From contig OZ252243.1 in NCBI GenBank assembly GCA_965249555.1, positions 896,001-960,000 on the forward strand: DNA of 64,000 bases, written 5' to 3'. The notes under the pieces are model-generated. The model searched no databases. It saw only the letters and a list, made by a program, of their open reading frames with translations, and was not told where the DNA came from. Made by a program: the position numbers and the translations under genes. Of this stretch, positions 1 through 9,656 are shown in pieces (the first letter of the stretch is position 1; the number at the start of each line of letters is the position of its first letter). Origin of the DNA: Nitrosopumilus sp. (GTDB lineage: Archaea > Thermoproteota > Nitrososphaeria > Nitrososphaerales > Nitrosopumilaceae).

Positions 1-1
1 G

Positions 2-415
2 ATAGATTTACTAAAAGATGCTCTAAATGAAGGAAACAAACAACTCGAGTCATCAAAAATTCTAATTTTAGGGATTTCATACAAACCTAATGTTAAAGAT
101 ATTCAATTATCTCCTGCAGAAGTAATTATTTCAGAATTAAAAAAATTAGGTGCAGAAATTAGAATTTTTGATCCATATTTCAAGGCGACTTCAGTTTATG
201 GAATAGAAACTGCAAATGATTTAGATGAAGTTATTTCAGAAGTTGATGCTGTAATCATAGTCACAGCTCACAATGAATTCCAGAATATCAAACCAGAATA
301 TTTTACATCAAAAATGAAATCTCCAATAATAGTTGATTCTAGAGGAATAATTGATATTCATGCAGCAAAGAAAGCTGGTTTAGTTTTCAGAGGATTAGGT
401 CGTGGAAAAATCTAA
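2..415 (+). CDS. Nucleotide-sugar dehydrogenase (UDP-ManNAc/UDP-GlcNAc dehydrogenase family), C-terminal part; 5' end outside window
   Basis: Manual translation of frame +2: ILILGISYKPNVKDIQLSPA...DPY...DAVIIVTAHNEF...IVDSRG, ending in TAA at 413-415; typical C-terminal UDP-binding domain motifs. Confidence 0.85.
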   Translation: MDLLKDALNEGNKQLESSKILILGISYKPNVKDIQLSPAEVIISELKKLGAEIRIFDPYFKATSVYGIETANDLDEVISEVDAVIIVTAHNEFQNIKPEYFTSKMKSPIIVDSRGIIDIHAAKKAGLVFRGLGRGKI

Positions 416-1622
416 TTCGATTTCCTTATCACCTGATTCGATTAATAATATTCTAACATTAAGATATAATCCGTCAATAAGTCCAACACTACCAAAATTA
501 ACATGGAGTGATTTTACATCAACAAATAACAAATTATCAATAGAATTTATTGAAAAATCGATGAAAAAGACATTACAAAATTCCATTAATGATGATTGTA
601 AAAAAATATCAATTGCATTAAGTGGTGGAATAGATTCTACATTAAATTTAGCATTATTACGTAAGACTTTTCCCAATATACAGATATCAGCAATTTCAAT
701 GCATTTTGCAGATAGTGTTGATGAAACACCACAAGCTGCAAAGATAGCAGAACACTTTGATGTTGATCATGAAATTATACATTTAGATAATTTTCTTGTT
801 GAGCTGCCAAAAGCTATCAGTATAACAAAACAACCATTTTGGGATCTTCATTGGTACCATATTGTGAAGAAAGCAAAATCACATGGTGATTACTTAATTT
901 CAGGTGATGGAGGAGATGAGTTATTTGGCGGATATACTTTCAGATACCAGAAATTTCTGTCCTTAGTAAATCATGATTCATCACCTATTGAACGAGCAGA
1001 GTCCTATTTACAATGCCATGAAAGGGATTGGGTGCAAGATCAAGCAGATTTGTTTGGCAAAAAGATCAAATTCTCATGGGGAAAAATACATGAAAATCTT
1101 CTTCCATATTTTGATAATTCATTATCTTTAATACAACAAGTTTTCTTGGCAGATTACAATGGAAAATTGTTATTTAATTTTAGTCCAATGAATTCAGCAT
1201 TCCATGAACATTTTAGCATAAAATCAATTATCCCATTACTATCTGAAGAGATGATTTCATATGCTACTCATCTAGAAACAAATCAAAAATATGATAAAAA
1301 AAATAACATTGGAAAACTTCCACTAAGAAAGTTACTTTCAAATTACATTGATAATAATCTACTAACACAAACAAAGCAAGGATTCTCAGTAAACACTACA
1401 AATCTGTGGAAATCTCATGGTTACAAATTATGTAAAATGTATCTACATAATGCAAGAATAGTAAATGATGGATGGATTAATTTATCATGGTTAGAAAAGA
1501 ATCTAAAAAGCGAACTAGATGTAAAATATATCAATAAATTTTTAGGATTGTTAGCTTTTGAGATTTGGTATAGAATTTTTGTTACAAATGAGATGGATTC
1601 GAATACATTATTAGAAATATAA
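402..1622 (+). CDS. Asparagine synthase C-terminal domain protein (no glutaminase domain)
   Basis: ALSGGIDS PP-loop, SGDGGDELFGGY, KxxLR and KQGF motifs; GTG start. Confidence 0.85.
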   Translation: MEKSNSISLSPDSINNILTLRYNPSISPTLPKLTWSDFTSTNNKLSIEFIEKSMKKTLQNSINDDCKKISIALSGGIDSTLNLALLRKTFPNIQISAISMHFADSVDETPQAAKIAEHFDVDHEIIHLDNFLVELPKAISITKQPFWDLHWYHIVKKAKSHGDYLISGDGGDELFGGYTFRYQKFLSLVNHDSSPIERAESYLQCHERDWVQDQADLFGKKIKFSWGKIHENLLPYFDNSLSLIQQVFLADYNGKLLFNFSPMNSAFHEHFSIKSIIPLLSEEMISYATHLETNQKYDKKNNIGKLPLRKLLSNYIDNNLLTQTKQGFSVNTTNLWKSHGYKLCKMYLHNARIVNDGWINLSWLEKNLKSELDVKYINKFLGLLAFEIWYRIFVTNEMDSNTLLEI

Positions 1623-1695
1623 AAAATTCCTAATGTTGTGTGTTAAAAATTCTTACAACTGGTTTTTATTTCCCCCATTTTGAATCTAAATTAAC

Positions 1696-2739
1696 ATGAA
1701 AGACTCATTGGTAAAATATCTAATATGTCCAAAATGTAGTCAAAAGTTTACATTAAAAATTAAGAAAAAAATCAAAAAAGAAATTATTGAGGGGGATTTA
1801 GTCTGTTTAAAACAACACAAGTTTCCAATCATAAGAGGAATTCCTAGACTTGTTATAGATAAAACAATAAATTTTGTAAAAACTGAAGATTCTTTTTCAT
1901 CAAAATGGAGAAATTACAACAAAACATATCACACTAAGAAATGGTTTGATGGTCAAAAGAAATGGTTTCTTGAACGATTCGGTTGGAAAACATCATCTAA
2001 TTTCAATAAATTTTTGAAAACACGGAAAAAAATTTTAGATGCAGGAACTGGAATTGGAAATAGCGCAAAATTATTTTCATCCAACCCAAAAGCTGATGTA
2101 TTTGCAATAGATGCTAGTGAAAGCGTGAACTTTGCATACAAAAAATATGGAAATTTGCCAAATATCCATTTTTTACAGGCAGATATTAGAAATCTACCCT
2201 TTAAGAAAAATTTCTTTGATTTTATTTGCTCAGATCAAGTATTACATCACACAAAAGATACAGAGAGCTCATTTAAGATACTTGCAAAACTTTTAGCGAA
2301 AAAAGGAATAATTTCAATTTATGTTTACAAGATTAAAGGACCAATGCGTGAGTTTGCAGATAATTTCATACGAGAATCTACAACAAAGATGACTGAAAAA
2401 CAATGTATTGAATTCTCTAAAGATATGGCATTATTAGGAAAAAATCTCTCAAAAATTAAAAAAACAATAACCATTCCACGAGATATACCAACTCTTCAAA
2501 TTAAAGCTGGAACTTATGATGTACAGAGATTCATCTATTGGAATTTTCTAAAATGTTGGTGGTCTGGGAGTGTTCCATTTGAACAAAGTGTTGCAACAAA
2601 TTTTGATTGGTATTTTCCTGAATATGCATACAGACATTATCCAAAAGAAGTAAAAAAGTGGTTTAAAGACTCAAAGCTAATAATCACTCACTTTAATGAA
2701 ATTGAAAGTGGGATTAGTATTAATGGTAAAAAGATTTAG
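1696..2739 (+). CDS. Class I SAM-dependent methyltransferase with N-terminal Trm112-like Zn domain
   Basis: LICPKC...LVC...FPIIRGIPRL N-terminus; ILDAGTGIG motif I; FDFICSDQVLHH. Confidence 0.85.
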   Translation: MKDSLVKYLICPKCSQKFTLKIKKKIKKEIIEGDLVCLKQHKFPIIRGIPRLVIDKTINFVKTEDSFSSKWRNYNKTYHTKKWFDGQKKWFLERFGWKTSSNFNKFLKTRKKILDAGTGIGNSAKLFSSNPKADVFAIDASESVNFAYKKYGNLPNIHFLQADIRNLPFKKNFFDFICSDQVLHHTKDTESSFKILAKLLAKKGIISIYVYKIKGPMREFADNFIRESTTKMTEKQCIEFSKDMALLGKNLSKIKKTITIPRDIPTLQIKAGTYDVQRFIYWNFLKCWWSGSVPFEQSVATNFDWYFPEYAYRHYPKEVKKWFKDSKLIITHFNEIESGISINGKKI

Positions 2740-2757
2740 AAAATTCTTTTAAAAATT

Positions 2758-4422
2758 TTACATTGTTGCTTGTTCTGCGTCATGGAACATCTGACTTTTT
2801 GCACAACCAGCAGCAAGTTCATCGCCTGCACCACGTCTCATAAGACCACGATAAAGGCCATCTTCTAGTTTGACGCCTTCTCTTTCTTCCCATTCCTCTA
2901 CAGTAATGGAGAATTTCTTTTGAATTCTGTCTCTATACCATTCAGGAATTACATTAAATGCACAGAATGGAACTATTCTAAGGTCCGGAGTTACATAGTG
3001 TATATCACATCTTTGTAGTCTTTCCAAATCTTCGTTGTATTTGTCTTGAAAGTGCATCATTCCAAGGAACAATCCCTTGACGTGCCACGAACCAATTGAA
3101 TCAAATGATCTCTTCATGAGTATATTACCAAACATCTTTGCTAGGTCTAGTCCTGCTGGTTGCTTTTTAGAATCAACAAATCCTTTGAGTTTTCTAACCA
3201 CCTCTAGCATTGTAAAGTACTTGTTTTTACCAGAACGAATCTCTTCTGCCTTATCCTCAAATAATTCCAACATTCCCTGAATATCACAGAATTTTGTTAG
3301 TGGGACAAACTTCTTTGTGTCTGCATCCTCAAAGATGTATGTTCCAGCCCCGCAAGCAAAGTGAATTGATAATTCATATTTTGGTTTGCTTGAGAATGCT
3401 TCAATTACATTTGTTAGTGGCATACAACTCGGTACTGGGAACCAATCATCAACAGTTACCTCACCGTTTGTTTGCTCTTCAATTCTTTGAACACAATCAG
3501 GAACTGTAATTCTGTATTTTTCACGTTCAGTTTTGCCCATTCTTCCAGTTAATGATACTGGTTGAAAGTTTACAGCATGGACTATATCCATGTTCTTTTG
3601 TGCATATCTGATAATTCCACCTAATTCGTGATCATTAATTGATTTGATTACTGTTGGAACAAACACTACAGAAGTACCAGTCTTTCTGCAACTATCAAGT
3701 GCATATGGAATCTCCCAGTGGTTCTTTGGGTTTGTCCTTGCAGTTACGCCATCAAAGGAAAGATACAAGTTGTTACATCCAGCAAGTCTTACTTCTCTTG
3801 CTGCCTCTGGATCCATTGCGTGTCGGATTCCATTTGTGTTCATTTGGATATGGTCAACACCTTCCTCCTTCATTATTTTAATAACATCAGCAATGTCTTC
3901 TCTAAGCATTGGTTCACCACCAGTAATTTGCATAGAGTTTCCTGGAATTGGCCTTTCAGCCCTTAGAGTCTTCATCATTGCTCTGATTTGAGTATGATCT
4001 GGCTCATACATGTAAGCGCCTTCAAGGCCTTTCTTTACATAAAAGAAGCAATACCAGCACGTTAAATCACATCTGTTAGTTACAATCATGTTTGCAAGTC
4101 CGCTGTGAGATAGGTGGTTTGAGCATAATCCACAGTTATTTGGACAAGAACATCGGTCAACCATTACGTTTGGAGAATGAGCACCTTTGCCATCCACCCA
4201 GTATGTACTGAATTTTTTATACATTTGATAAGAGCCAAAATACAACTCCTCACATTCGCCGTGAGTTGGACAGACTTTGGTCATAAAGACCTGATTATCT
4301 CGCTCAAAGACTTCTGCATCCAAAATCATGTTACAATCAGGACAGATACTTTGAGTGAATCGAATAGTAGTCTTTTTGCTTAGATTTTTAGTCGTTTGAT
4401 TAGATATCTGAATTAGAGCCAT
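2758..4422 (-). CDS. tes: Tetraether lipid synthase Tes (GDGT-MAS), radical SAM
   Basis: N-terminal SICPDC...KVCPTHG metal site, CPNNCGLCSNH, radical-SAM CDLTCWYCF, C-terminal RCDIHY...PFC; start moved to ATG 4422 (MALIQ), with a TATA-like box at 4451-4457. Confidence 0.85.
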   Translation of the reverse strand: MALIQISNQTTKNLSKKTTIRFTQSICPDCNMILDAEVFERDNQVFMTKVCPTHGECEELYFGSYQMYKKFSTYWVDGKGAHSPNVMVDRCSCPNNCGLCSNHLSHSGLANMIVTNRCDLTCWYCFFYVKKGLEGAYMYEPDHTQIRAMMKTLRAERPIPGNSMQITGGEPMLREDIADVIKIMKEEGVDHIQMNTNGIRHAMDPEAAREVRLAGCNNLYLSFDGVTARTNPKNHWEIPYALDSCRKTGTSVVFVPTVIKSINDHELGGIIRYAQKNMDIVHAVNFQPVSLTGRMGKTEREKYRITVPDCVQRIEEQTNGEVTVDDWFPVPSCMPLTNVIEAFSSKPKYELSIHFACGAGTYIFEDADTKKFVPLTKFCDIQGMLELFEDKAEEIRSGKNKYFTMLEVVRKLKGFVDSKKQPAGLDLAKMFGNILMKRSFDSIGSWHVKGLFLGMMHFQDKYNEDLERLQRCDIHYVTPDLRIVPFCAFNVIPEWYRDRIQKKFSITVEEWEEREGVKLEDGLYRGLMRRGAGDELAAGCAKSQMFHDAEQATM

Positions 4423-4538
4423 ACCTACATTGGGAATTTTTCTGAATTGGTATATAATGCATTTCATACTTACCCCCGTGGGGAGTTTAGGAGGTAGGCA
4501 TATGTGATTTAAATACCAAAACTGATCGAAAAGATCGC

Positions 4539-5306
4539 ATGAGCATATCTGATAGAACAAAAAAGGCTTTAGAAAAAATTGGTCTTACAAGTTATGAAAT
4601 TAGAACATTCTCTGCTTTACTTAAGGCAGGAGAACAAACAGCATCAGATCTTAGCCAAAAGTCAGGAGTGCCATATTCAAAAATTTATGAAGTGCTGGGA
4701 ACTCTAGAAGAGAAAAGTTGGATTGGCTCAGATGATTCAAGACCAACAAGATATTTTGCAAAATCACCATCAACAGGACTAGAAACTACAAAACAAAGAA
4801 TGGAAAATGATTTTTTACAGCATCAAAGTGTGATTCTAAACGAATTAGTTCCATTGTATGAGAAAAGTGGAACAAGTGAAAAACCAGACATTTGGGTACT
4901 TTCAGGGGGAGCCAACATTGCTGCTAAAATTTTAGAGATGGTAGAATCGTGTAGAAATGAAGTAATGATTGCATTACCTCAAGCTGGAGAAGAACTAGTC
5001 AAACAAGCATTACCAAAATTAAGATCACTTCATGATAAAGGAGTAGATATTACAATACTTGCTTCAGATACAATGGATAAAGAACACATAAAGGCAATCA
5101 AAAGAGTTGCAACTGTAAAAATCAAGAAAGGGTTGTTTGGAGGAGGTATAATATCTGACAAAAAATATGTGGTAATATTGTTAGGTCCAGAAATAGCAGG
5201 CGAAAGCTCTTCAGATATAGTTGCAATTTGGGCAGATCATGCCGGATTGGCAGGATTTGCACGTCAATACTTTGAATATTTATTAAAAGACTCAAAGAAG
5301 GTATGA
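4539..5306 (+). CDS. TrmB-family transcriptional regulator
   Basis: LEKIGLTSYE...SGVPYSKIYEVLGTLEEK wHTH followed by an effector domain. Confidence 0.9.
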   Translation: MSISDRTKKALEKIGLTSYEIRTFSALLKAGEQTASDLSQKSGVPYSKIYEVLGTLEEKSWIGSDDSRPTRYFAKSPSTGLETTKQRMENDFLQHQSVILNELVPLYEKSGTSEKPDIWVLSGGANIAAKILEMVESCRNEVMIALPQAGEELVKQALPKLRSLHDKGVDITILASDTMDKEHIKAIKRVATVKIKKGLFGGGIISDKKYVVILLGPEIAGESSSDIVAIWADHAGLAGFARQYFEYLLKDSKKV

Positions 5307-5307
5307 T

Positions 5308-5757
5308 ATGGACGTACTAAATGATGAAATCCTATTTGTAGGAACTGCAGAAGCAGAACATATAGAGATGTATCTAAAGGCAATTTGGCATATAAAAGAA
5401 AGAGGAGGAGATGTCAAAATTAGTACTATTGCAAAAATGCTCAATGTTAGACAGCCAAGTGTGGTTCAAATGCTCAAGAAATTAAACACCAAAGAGTTAG
5501 TTCACTACAACAAAGCAGGAGTAAAACTCACAGAGGAGGGTCAAAGAGTTGGTGCAAGTATGATGAGAAATAGTAGATTATTAGAGGTTCTCATGGAAAG
5601 CGCACTAAAAGTAGAAATTGATGAGGAAATGGTATGTGGTATTGAGCATCATATGAACAAACAATTTACAGATGCTCTGTGTACAATGCTGAAACATCCA
5701 AGAAAATGTCCGCATGATCACGATATTCCAATAGGCGAATGTTGTAAATCAGCTTGA
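5308..5757 (+). CDS. DtxR/MntR-family metal-dependent transcriptional regulator
   Basis: EMYLKAIW, PSVVQMLKKL HTH, RLLE, CGIEHH, CPHDHDIP. Confidence 0.9.
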   Translation: MDVLNDEILFVGTAEAEHIEMYLKAIWHIKERGGDVKISTIAKMLNVRQPSVVQMLKKLNTKELVHYNKAGVKLTEEGQRVGASMMRNSRLLEVLMESALKVEIDEEMVCGIEHHMNKQFTDALCTMLKHPRKCPHDHDIPIGECCKSA

Positions 5758-5806
5758 GTGAAATTATATCCTAAAAGATATATCATCTTAGAAATTAAAT
5801 TTAAGC

Positions 5807-5971
5807 ATGACATGTTTTTGCGGCTGTGAAACATATGAAAAAAATGATGATGGATTCAAGATAGCATGTGTAAAGTGTGGACATGGACCTCAAAATCATG
5901 AGGATGAGTTTAGAGAAGCTGCAAGAAAGAATGAGTCACAAAGCCAAAAACGCGATGTAGACTTTGGATAG
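5807..5971 (+). CDS. Small Cys/His-rich putative metal-binding protein, 54 aa (not in ORF track)
   Basis: MTCFCGCETYEKNDDGFKIACVKCGHGPQNHEDEFREAARKNESQSQKRDVDFG; fills the intergenic gap, AT-rich promoter-like sequence upstream. Confidence 0.65.
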   Translation: MTCFCGCETYEKNDDGFKIACVKCGHGPQNHEDEFREAARKNESQSQKRDVDFG

Positions 5972-5975
5972 AAAA

Positions 5976-6395
5976 CTATTCGCCAATTATTTTAACTAAA
6001 ACTCTTTTTGGTCTCTTTCCATCAAATTCTCCGTAGAAAATTTGTTCCCATGTACCAAAATCTAATTCACCATTAGTAATAGCAACTACCACTTCTCGTC
6101 CCATTACTTGTCGTTTTAGATGAGCATCTGCATTGTCCTCACCAGTTTTGTTGTGATCATACTGATCAATTGGTTCATGTGGTGCCAAGCCTTCTAACCA
6201 TTTTTCATAATCCTTATGCAAACCACTTTCATTGTCATTAATGAAAACACTAGCAGTGATATGCATTGCATTTACAAGACAAAGTCCTTCTTGGATTTTG
6301 CTTTTTGTAACCAACTTACTTACATTAGGAGTAATGTTCACAAAGGCTCGTCGTGTTTTGACATTAAATGTCAAATATTCAGTTAAAGATTTCAT
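5976..6395 (-). CDS. yjbQ: YjbQ/UPF0047 family protein
   Basis: HITAS...[25 protein letters not shown] motifs. Confidence 0.9.
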   Translation of the reverse strand: MKSLTEYLTFNVKTRRAFVNITPNVSKLVTKSKIQEGLCLVNAMHITASVFINDNESGLHKDYEKWLEGLAPHEPIDQYDHNKTGEDNADAHLKRQVMGREVVVAITNGELDFGTWEQIFYGEFDGKRPKRVLVKIIGE

Positions 6396-6431
6396 ATTTG
6401 CTCAAAGTAAATCATCCATTAAAATCCTAAG

Positions 6432-6491
6432 GCAGGCTCAGAACTCAAGATCCTCATCATCATTCAAAGGGATAGGTTCATCACTGCCCGC
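6432..6491 (-). ncRNA. Box C/D 2'-O-methylation guide sRNA
   Basis: Minus strand reads GCGGGC-A-GUGAUGA(C)-ACCUAUCCCU-UUGA(D')-AUG-AUGAUGA(C')-GGAUCUUGAGUU-CUGA(D)-GCCUGC; the 6-bp terminal stem and 3-nt bulge give canonical K-turn geometry. Confidence 0.85.
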
Positions 6492-6566
6492 AAGTCATAT
6501 TTCAGGCAGATTCCTATTGAGTCTTTCAATAAGCTTGATAAATGGCTAATAGATCATTCATTCAAA

Positions 6567-6983
6567 ATGGTTACAATTGATACTCCAGCTTCAGTGGAAA
6601 GTTTTCGAAGATTTATCTTTTCAAGTACATGCAAATCTTATGCACCAAGAAGTTATTTGGAGGATTTTGAAGTATTTCCAGAAAGGGAAGATAATTTGGG
6701 ATCAGTTTACGTAGAAGCAGCTGATAAAGTAACTTTGAAAAAAATTAGAGACATTACATTTGTAAACGCAAGAGATATTCTTGGAATAATTTATAATTCA
6801 AAAAGTGGCAATACATCACTAAAATGGCGTCAGTTGCGAAGAAACAATGGTAAAGTAACAGGGGAAGCTTCTGCAAACTCTCTGACAAATCTATCAGAAT
6901 CAGGCGTTCTCACTTTAGATTGGGTTGAAAACTATCTGAAGAAAAAATCTGAAGAAACAAAGGCCAACGAAGTTACAAGCTAA
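6567..6983 (+). CDS. Hypothetical protein (probably conserved in Nitrososphaerota)
   Basis: 138-aa ORF with normal codon use, upstream of pelota. Confidence 0.75.
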   Translation: MVTIDTPASVESFRRFIFSSTCKSYAPRSYLEDFEVFPEREDNLGSVYVEAADKVTLKKIRDITFVNARDILGIIYNSKSGNTSLKWRQLRRNNGKVTGEASANSLTNLSESGVLTLDWVENYLKKKSEETKANEVTS

Positions 6984-7015
6984 ACTCTTTTCTTTTTGTA
7001 TATTAGAATAATATC

Positions 7016-8065
7016 ATGATTACAAAGATAATTGATGAGAATTCAATTTCTGTCAAGCCAGAAGATTCTGATGATCTTTTGAATTTACGTCGTATAATTA
7101 AAGAAGATGACAAAATAATTGGAGATACAACTAGAGTTTTAAAACAAGACAAGGATTATTCAAGACCTGACAAAGGAGAGAGGATCAAAGTCAGAATTGC
7201 ATTAATGGTGGAAAAAATTTCACTTGATGATGTCTTGGATAGATTAAGAATTGGTGGAACAATTTCTGAATCAAGTAACGAATCAGTACCACACGGCTCA
7301 CATCATTCATTTATTTTAAAAATTAATGATGGAATAACAATTTCAAAGAAAAAATGGTTACCAGTTGAAAAGAATCTTCTAGAATCAAGTAATAATCAGG
7401 TAGGTTTTGTACTTGTTGCAATTGATACTGGTGATTGTGGAATTGCAAAACTAAGAGGAACACATTTAGAGTTTATTCCAAATATCTATTCTGGTTCTAG
7501 TGGAAAAAGATACAAAACTAATTTTAATATTGAAAAATTCTTTGAGCAAGTACAACTAGCAATGTCAACTGTACTCAAGGAAGGAGATTCGATAGTAATT
7601 TTTGGTCCTGGTGAAACAAAAAAAAGATTTTCTAATTTCATTCAAAAATTGCAAAACACACAAAAATACAAAGTTCAAGTTGTTGACGGAGTTGATTCAG
7701 GTGGAGAAGATGGGATTTACATATTTACAAAATCTCAATCAATGAAGGAGATAATGTCAGATAGTAAGCTGGCCAAGGCATCATCAATTATTGATGAGGT
7801 AATGCTTCTTGCAAACAAGAAGAGTAGAAAATTCACTATGGGTTTTGATGAAACATTTAGTGCAAATCAAATAGGAGCAGTTGAATCTCTTGTATTTTCA
7901 GACAAAGCAATTCAAGATAATGAACAAAAAATGATAGATTTTCTAAATGATGTTGAAAGCAAAGGAGTAGAAATTTACAGCGTTGATTCATCCACAGATA
8001 TTGGTCTAAGAGTTACAGGTTTGGGTGGAATAATTTCTTTATTACGATATGCAGTAGAATCTTAG
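7016..8065 (+). CDS. pelA: mRNA surveillance protein pelota
   Basis: PEDSDDLLNL, RLRIGGTI, GSHHS, GPGETK, GLGGIISLLRY. Confidence 0.92.
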   Translation: MITKIIDENSISVKPEDSDDLLNLRRIIKEDDKIIGDTTRVLKQDKDYSRPDKGERIKVRIALMVEKISLDDVLDRLRIGGTISESSNESVPHGSHHSFILKINDGITISKKKWLPVEKNLLESSNNQVGFVLVAIDTGDCGIAKLRGTHLEFIPNIYSGSSGKRYKTNFNIEKFFEQVQLAMSTVLKEGDSIVIFGPGETKKRFSNFIQKLQNTQKYKVQVVDGVDSGGEDGIYIFTKSQSMKEIMSDSKLAKASSIIDEVMLLANKKSRKFTMGFDETFSANQIGAVESLVFSDKAIQDNEQKMIDFLNDVESKGVEIYSVDSSTDIGLRVTGLGGIISLLRYAVES

Positions 8066-8373
8066 TTTGTAGATTCTATTAGCCAATTTAGATATGATTT
8101 GTTAATCGAAGTGATGTCAACTTCTGCTATTTCAGGAACATCATATGGATGAGTTTCTTTAATTTTCTTTTTTAGCAATTTCTTGTTTTTTGTTGTAGTT
8201 TTGAATATTGCAAGATATTCAGATACATTTTCCACTTTTCCATTCCAAGAGTAAATTGAAGAAATTTTTGAGATATTGACACATGCAACTGTCTTATTTT
8301 TTACAAACTCATTTGCAATTTTTGTAATTGATTTTTTGTTAGGATAAGTTGAGATAATTATTACTGGTTTCAT
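8062..8373 (-). CDS. cutA: Divalent-cation tolerance protein CutA
   Basis: ACVNI...SIYSWNGKVE...KTT...HPYDVPEI. Confidence 0.93.
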   Translation of the reverse strand: MKPVIIISTYPNKKSITKIANEFVKNKTVACVNISKISSIYSWNGKVENVSEYLAIFKTTTKNKKLLKKKIKETHPYDVPEIAEVDITSINKSYLNWLIESTN

Positions 8374-8416
8374 AGTAACCGATAAATGTACGTACTTTAA
8401 AAAATTAACAATTAAT

Positions 8417-9613
8417 TTGGAACTTGATTTTATTACTCAGAATCCGATAATCTATGTGTTAATTGCTTGGGTTGTCATTGTTGCAGTTGCAAAAGGCCTG
8501 AAATTGGAAAAATATGGCTTTGAGATAAAGGCATACAGCCTCGTATACAAAAACAAACAAGTTAACTCAATTTTAATTAAAATTCTAAGTAGAACAAAGA
8601 GAGGAATCAGGGTTTTTGCGGATATAAGCGTAATTGCAGGTTTTCTAATGATGGGTTTTGCATTTTGGTTTTTGGGAAATAATGTATTAAACTATTTTGT
8701 TGCACAAGATGATTTTGCAGAATTAACAGTACTTATTCCAGGAGTTACATTGACATCAGCACCTGCAATTACATACTTTTTGCTATCGATTCCAATTGTA
8801 TTAGTTATTCATGAAGGCGCACATGGAATAGTAGCTGCTCTAGAAAAAATAAGGATCAAGACAGGAGGCTTTGCAATATTCATCGCATTGTTTGCAGGAT
8901 TTGTAGAACCAGATGAGGAAGAATTCGACAAGGCAAAAAAGATTTCAAAATTAAGAGTGATTGGAGCAGGAGCTACATCTAATGTACTTTTTGCATTTGT
9001 ATTAGGTGTCATTTTATTAACAAACCCATTTTTTGCAATTGTATTACCTGAACCACTTCTAAGTGTATTTTATGAATTACCTGAAGGAGTTTTAGTTCTT
9101 TCAATCATAGAAAATTCTGGAGCTGAAAAAGCAGGAATGCAAGCAAATGACATCATTACTTCAATTAATGGAATACCGATTTTTAGTCCAGTTGATTTTC
9201 CCAGCTTAAATCCTGGGGAAACTGCAAGTGTCACTGTACTTAGAGATAGTCAAACATTAGAATTTGGTGTAGACATTATGCCAGCACCTGAAGATTCTGA
9301 AAGAGGATTGATAGGCATCATGAGAGATAACTCATTTGCATACAAACCTGTAATGAATTTCATTGAATGGAATGATCCAAACGTTTCAATGTTCTTGTTA
9401 TGGCTCTGGATGATTTCATTTTTTATAGGAATAATCAATATGCTTCCTTTACCAATATTAGATGGAGGAAAATTCGTTCATACAATTATTGATAAAAGAA
9501 TTTCAGATAATGCAGTAAATGGCGTTATGTGGGGAATTTACGCATTTACCTTTGTATTGTTTGGTCTAAACATTGCTTTATCATACATGAAATCTGGATG
9601 GTTTACAATATAG
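8417..9613 (+). CDS. Site-2 protease (M50) with PDZ domain
   Basis: HEGAH zinc motif, NMLPLPILDGG, PDZ-like insert, several TM segments. Confidence 0.92.
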   Translation: MELDFITQNPIIYVLIAWVVIVAVAKGLKLEKYGFEIKAYSLVYKNKQVNSILIKILSRTKRGIRVFADISVIAGFLMMGFAFWFLGNNVLNYFVAQDDFAELTVLIPGVTLTSAPAITYFLLSIPIVLVIHEGAHGIVAALEKIRIKTGGFAIFIALFAGFVEPDEEEFDKAKKISKLRVIGAGATSNVLFAFVLGVILLTNPFFAIVLPEPLLSVFYELPEGVLVLSIIENSGAEKAGMQANDIITSINGIPIFSPVDFPSLNPGETASVTVLRDSQTLEFGVDIMPAPEDSERGLIGIMRDNSFAYKPVMNFIEWNDPNVSMFLLWLWMISFFIGIINMLPLPILDGGKFVHTIIDKRISDNAVNGVMWGIYAFTFVLFGLNIALSYMKSGWFTI

Positions 9614-9656
9614 AAAATACCTAAAGAATCATTAATGAAAAAAAGTACATGAATTT

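Noticed and set aside
4423-4560. 46-aa N-terminal extension of Tes in the ORF track
   Set aside because: Overlaps trmB and both promoters; the family-like sequence starts after ATG 4422
6232-6549. 105-aa plus-strand ORF
   Set aside because: Antisense to yjbQ and to the box C/D sRNA; no protein-like features
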